From an uncultured candidate division Zixibacteria bacterium (GTDB taxonomy: Bacteria > Zixibacteria > MSB-5A5 > GN15 > PGXB01): DNA of 64,000 nucleotides. A program made the position numbers and the translations under genes. Shown here piece after piece: positions 60,391 through 64,000 of this stretch. Position 1 is the stretch's first letter; each line of letters starts with the position of its first letter. The notes below the pieces were generated by a model. That model was given only the letters and a program-made list of their open reading frames with translations, ran no database searches and was not told the DNA's origin. The DNA is taken from assembly GCA_963702205.1 (NCBI GenBank), contig OY969724.1:2688001-2752000 (forward strand). The letters run 5' to 3'.

Positions 60391-60399
60391 AATCAGCCT

Positions 60400-63132
60400 C
60401 TATTTCGCTTCCAGCCAGTTGGGGCCGATGCCGATGTCGACCTTTATCGGGACTTTGAGCTTTACCGCCTTTTCCATGCCGTCTTTGACAAGAGCCCTGA
60501 TCTCGTCTTTTTCGTCGTTGTGAATATCAAAGACGAGTTCATCGTGAACCTGCAGGATCATTTTCGATTTCATCTTGCGCATCTTCTTGTGGATGTTGAT
60601 CATGGCGACCTTGATCATATCGGCGGCAGTGCCCTGAATCGGGGTATTGATCGCGGTTCTCTCCGCAAACTGACGAACCTGAAAATTCTTGGCGTTAATT
60701 TCCGGCAGATAGCGAATGCGGTTATACAGTGTCGTCACGTACCCTTTTTCTTTGGCAAAGGCGATAGTATCATCCATGTATTTGCGGATACCCGGATAAC
60801 GCTCGAAATATGTCTCGATAAATTCTTTGGATTCACCCATATTCAATTCGGTCTGCTGCGAAAGGCCATAAGCCGAGACGCCGTAAATAACCGCAAAATT
60901 AGCGGTCTTGGCGGCGCGCCGCATCGATGATGTAACTTCTTCCATCTTTACGCCGTAGACGTCGGCCGCCGTGCGGGCGTGAATGTCTTCGTCTTTTTTA
61001 AAGGCCTCGATCAACGCTTTGTCCAGCGTGAAATGGGCCAGAATACGAAGCTCTATTTGTGAATAATCGGCGCTCAGGATGCTGTACGATTTATCTCTGG
61101 GGACGAAGGCTCTGCGAATCTGCCTGCCGGCCTCGGTTCGGATCGGGATATTCTGCAGGTTCGGATCGGTCGACGACAGCCGACCGGTGGCCGCGATAGT
61201 CTGATTAAACGACGTGTGCACCCGGCCGGTTTCTTTATTGACCAGAAGCGGGATGGCGTCGATGTACGTATTCTTGAGTTTGGTCAACTGGCGATAATCG
61301 AGGACCAGACGCGGGAGGCCGTGTATTTCGGCCAGTTCCTCCAGGACTTTGACATCGGTGGAAAAGCCGGTTTTCTTGGCTGTCTTTCCCCTGGTTGGCA
61401 GTTTCAATTCCTCGAAAAGTACTTCCGACAACTGGCGGGTCGAATTGATATTGAAATCGTGGCCGGCTTCGTCATATATGTCCCGTACAAGTTTTTCCAA
61501 TTGAACGTCCATATCTTTGGACAGGGCGGCCAAAAAATCACAGTCGATCTTAACCCCGGCTTCTTCGATATCCTGAAGAACCGGAATCAGCGGCAGTTCG
61601 ACATTATAGTACAAGTTCTGAAGATTCAGATGATCAATTTTCGGCGCCAGTACTCCCCTTAGACGATAAGTATAATCCGCATCTTCGGCGGCGTAAAAGG
61701 TTGCCTTATCAATGTCGACCGTCGCGAACGATTTTTGCTTCTTGCCCGTCCCGATCAGGTCCGTAATCGGCTGCATATGGTAGTTGAAATGGGCGAAGGC
61801 CAGAGTGTCGAGACCGTGTTGCCGCCCCGATGGATTTATTACGTACGACGCCAGCATGGTATCGAAACTGACCGGCTCGATTTCAAATCCCTCGCGTCGC
61901 AACACTTCGAGATCGTACTTTATATTCTGCCCGAACTTCTGGACTTTTTTATTGGTGAAAAGCTTCGATATTATCTTGCGGGCTTTTTCGAATGGAATAT
62001 TGCCAGCCTTGTCATCGTGCCTCAAGGGAATATAAAAAGCCTTCCCGGCATCGGCGCAAAGGGAGATACCAACCAACCGTGCCTGAAAGGCGTCAATCGA
62101 CGTGGTTTCCGTATCAATCGCTATTTCTTTCCTGGTCTGCAGTTTTTCCACCAAAGCGGTCAGGGCTTCAATCGTATTGATGCACTTGTAATCGGACTTT
62201 GGGGGTGACAGGTGTTTATGCTTTTCGGATGTACTTAGCTGAAGATCAAGCTTACCGACCTGTTTGGCGAGTTCTTCGAGGAGATTGACAAATTCCAGTT
62301 CCAAAAACAGCTTTTTGGCTTTCTCGAAATCGACATTTTCCCACTTAAGCTTGTCGATATCAAAGTCGATCGGAACCGATGTGTCTATCGTCACCAGTTT
62401 GCGAGAAAGTTTCGCCAGTTCTTCGTTTTGCTCAATCTTCTTTCTGACCCCGGCCGCTTTTATTTTATCCGCACCACTTAGTATGGAGTCGAGATTGCCG
62501 AATTGCTCCAGCAGTGAAATCGCCGTCTTGGGGCCGATACCGGGGACGCCGGGGACGTTGTCCGAGGAATCCCCCATGAGCGCGAGCATATCTATAATTT
62601 TTTCCGGCGAGACGCCGAATTTTTCTTTGACGCCTTTCGGATCGAGTATCTCCGCCGAATTTGCACCTTTTTGGGGATTGTAGATACGAACATTGTCATT
62701 GACCAGTTGGAAGAAATCTTTATCGCCGGTTACTAACCAGACGTCCATGCCATCTTTCTCGGCCTGCCTGGCAATAGTGCCGATAATGTCATCAGCCTCG
62801 TAACCTTCCATCTCGAGGCAACTGATATTCAGCGCATCGGCCGCTTCTCTGATGCGTGGTAATTGCACGACCAGTTCTTCGGGCATTTTCTCGCGGGTCG
62901 CTTTGTACTCCTTGTACATCTTGTGACGGAACGTCGGGGCTTTGGTGTCAAATACGACTGCCATATATTCGGGTTTTTCATCGCGGATTATTTTCATCAA
63001 TGAGTTAACGAAACCGAAAGTGGCCGAAGTGTTCTCACCTTTGGAATTGAACAAGGGGTTGCGTATGAAAGCAAAATAGGCCCGGTAAAAAATCGCCGAG
63101 CCGTCGACGAGATACAAATTTTTGCGGCTCAT
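60400..63132 (-). CDS. polA: DNA polymerase I
   Basis: 5'-3' exonuclease (EADD, GDKD), 3'-5' exonuclease DTET, DYSQIELR, QVHDEL. Confidence 0.98.
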   Translation of the reverse strand: MSRKNLYLVDGSAIFYRAYFAFIRNPLFNSKGENTSATFGFVNSLMKIIRDEKPEYMAVVFDTKAPTFRHKMYKEYKATREKMPEELVVQLPRIREAADALNISCLEMEGYEADDIIGTIARQAEKDGMDVWLVTGDKDFFQLVNDNVRIYNPQKGANSAEILDPKGVKEKFGVSPEKIIDMLALMGDSSDNVPGVPGIGPKTAISLLEQFGNLDSILSGADKIKAAGVRKKIEQNEELAKLSRKLVTIDTSVPIDFDIDKLKWENVDFEKAKKLFLELEFVNLLEELAKQVGKLDLQLSTSEKHKHLSPPKSDYKCINTIEALTALVEKLQTRKEIAIDTETTSIDAFQARLVGISLCADAGKAFYIPLRHDDKAGNIPFEKARKIISKLFTNKKVQKFGQNIKYDLEVLRREGFEIEPVSFDTMLASYVINPSGRQHGLDTLAFAHFNYHMQPITDLIGTGKKQKSFATVDIDKATFYAAEDADYTYRLRGVLAPKIDHLNLQNLYYNVELPLIPVLQDIEEAGVKIDCDFLAALSKDMDVQLEKLVRDIYDEAGHDFNINSTRQLSEVLFEELKLPTRGKTAKKTGFSTDVKVLEELAEIHGLPRLVLDYRQLTKLKNTYIDAIPLLVNKETGRVHTSFNQTIAATGRLSSTDPNLQNIPIRTEAGRQIRRAFVPRDKSYSILSADYSQIELRILAHFTLDKALIEAFKKDEDIHARTAADVYGVKMEEVTSSMRRAAKTANFAVIYGVSAYGLSQQTELNMGESKEFIETYFERYPGIRKYMDDTIAFAKEKGYVTTLYNRIRYLPEINAKNFQVRQFAERTAINTPIQGTAADMIKVAMINIHKKMRKMKSKMILQVHDELVFDIHNDEKDEIRALVKDGMEKAVKLKVPIKVDIGIGPNWLEAK

Positions 63133-63725
63133 TTATATAGCCCCCGGCTTGCGATAAATCCGCGCACTTCGTCGGGCACGAAATAACGAATGGACTTCCC
63201 CAGCTTGATCGCCTGCCTTATATTGGTCGATGAAATTTCGATCAGCGGCATATCAAACGCTTTTAGGTGGCTTTTCCATTGCGATTTTTCAAAGGCATCG
63301 TCAAAGCCGGGACGGTTCCCGACTACTATTTTCACCCGTTTGACAAGTTCATCCGGTTTATGCCACGAATCGAAAATGGCGATATTGTCGGCACCCAAAA
63401 TCAGGCTCCATTCGGTGGACGGGTATTTTTGTTCGAGATACTCCACCACGGCCAGTGTATAGCCCGGAGACGCCAAATCTTTTTCCAATGCGGAAACCGC
63501 AAAGCGTTCGTTGTCTGCAACAGCCAGCCGCGTCATAACCAGCCGATCTTCAAATGATACGACTGGCTTTTGCGCCCGGTGCGGCGGATTCAAAGAAACT
63601 ACGAACAATACCCCATCAAGCCCGCATTTTTCGAGTGCAGTTTCGGCCAGAATCAGATGTCCGATATGGACGGGATCGAAAATGCCGCCCATCAAACCCC
63701 ATTTTCCGCCGTCATCAGGGCTCAT
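63129..63725 (-). CDS. nadD: nicotinate-nucleotide adenylyltransferase
   Basis: GGIFDPVHIGH, LGADN, ISSTNIR. Confidence 0.94.
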   Translation of the reverse strand: MSPDDGGKWGLMGGIFDPVHIGHLILAETALEKCGLDGVLFVVSLNPPHRAQKPVVSFEDRLVMTRLAVADNERFAVSALEKDLASPGYTLAVVEYLEQKYPSTEWSLILGADNIAIFDSWHKPDELVKRVKIVVGNRPGFDDAFEKSQWKSHLKAFDMPLIEISSTNIRQAIKLGKSIRYFVPDEVRGFIASRGLYK

Positions 63726-64000
63726 CGTCGGACGCCTGAGCCTTCGCTGTCTTGAGCGTTATTTCTTCGAGCAGATCCCTGGCCCTGGCGGCCAATTCCG
63801 AATTTTCATAAATATTCAAAAAGTGATTCAGGCGATCCGAGGCCGACTGATAGTCCTTTTCCTTATAATCGATTTCGGCCAGCTGGAATAAGGCCATCCC
63901 GGCGTACTCGGTATCGGTGTACTCATCGATAACCTGCTGAAAATATATTCGCGCGGCTTTAAGGTCGTACATCTTGGTGTACATTACTCCACTGGCATAA
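63715..64000 (-). CDS. TPR protein, probable outer-membrane assembly factor BamD (5' end outside the window)
   Basis: AARIYFQQVIDEYTDT TPR-like helices; overlaps the nadD start. Confidence 0.6.
   Translation of the reverse strand, partial: YASGVMYTKMYDLKAARIYFQQVIDEYTDTEYAGMALFQLAEIDYKEKDYQSASDRLNHFLNIYENSELAARARDLLEEITLKTAKAQASDDEP

Overview
A 64-kb bacterial chromosomal window of mostly housekeeping genes. Four secreted proteins with C-terminal dockerin-like repeats suggest a candidate-division Zixibacteria-like organism (inference, not tested). Contents in order: nadA (partial) with a peroxiredoxin/split-rubrerythrin cluster, gltX, an ADP-forming acyl-CoA ligase, purF, a dockerin S8 protease, a complete 14-gene nuoA-N operon, tRNA-His, purU, hisS, tRNA-Phe, tRNA-Thr, tRNA-Leu, three more dockerin proteins, an IS256 interrupting a low-GC gene, a peptidoglycan-recycling operon with a frameshifted epimerase, transketolase, coaE, polA, nadD and partial bamD. 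Strongest observations: (1) a glutaredoxin-like gene inside the complex I operon, between nuoM and nuoN, reading TGA-GGG-ATA-TAA followed by a SECIS-like hairpin, i.e. a probable C-terminal U-x-x-stop selenoprotein; (2) a tRNA-His with no encoded G-1, a G1:U72 pair and A73, 1.5 kb from a HisRS with alphaproteobacterial-type motifs; (3) two miniature elements with different terminal inverted repeats but shared inverted REP-like doublet cargo, each inserted with a 4-bp duplication into the apex of another hairpin; (4) a dockerin-tagged set of protein-degrading or -modifying enzymes plus a possible cohesin-like partner. All calls are by eye from sequence and motif recognition; no database searches were run.
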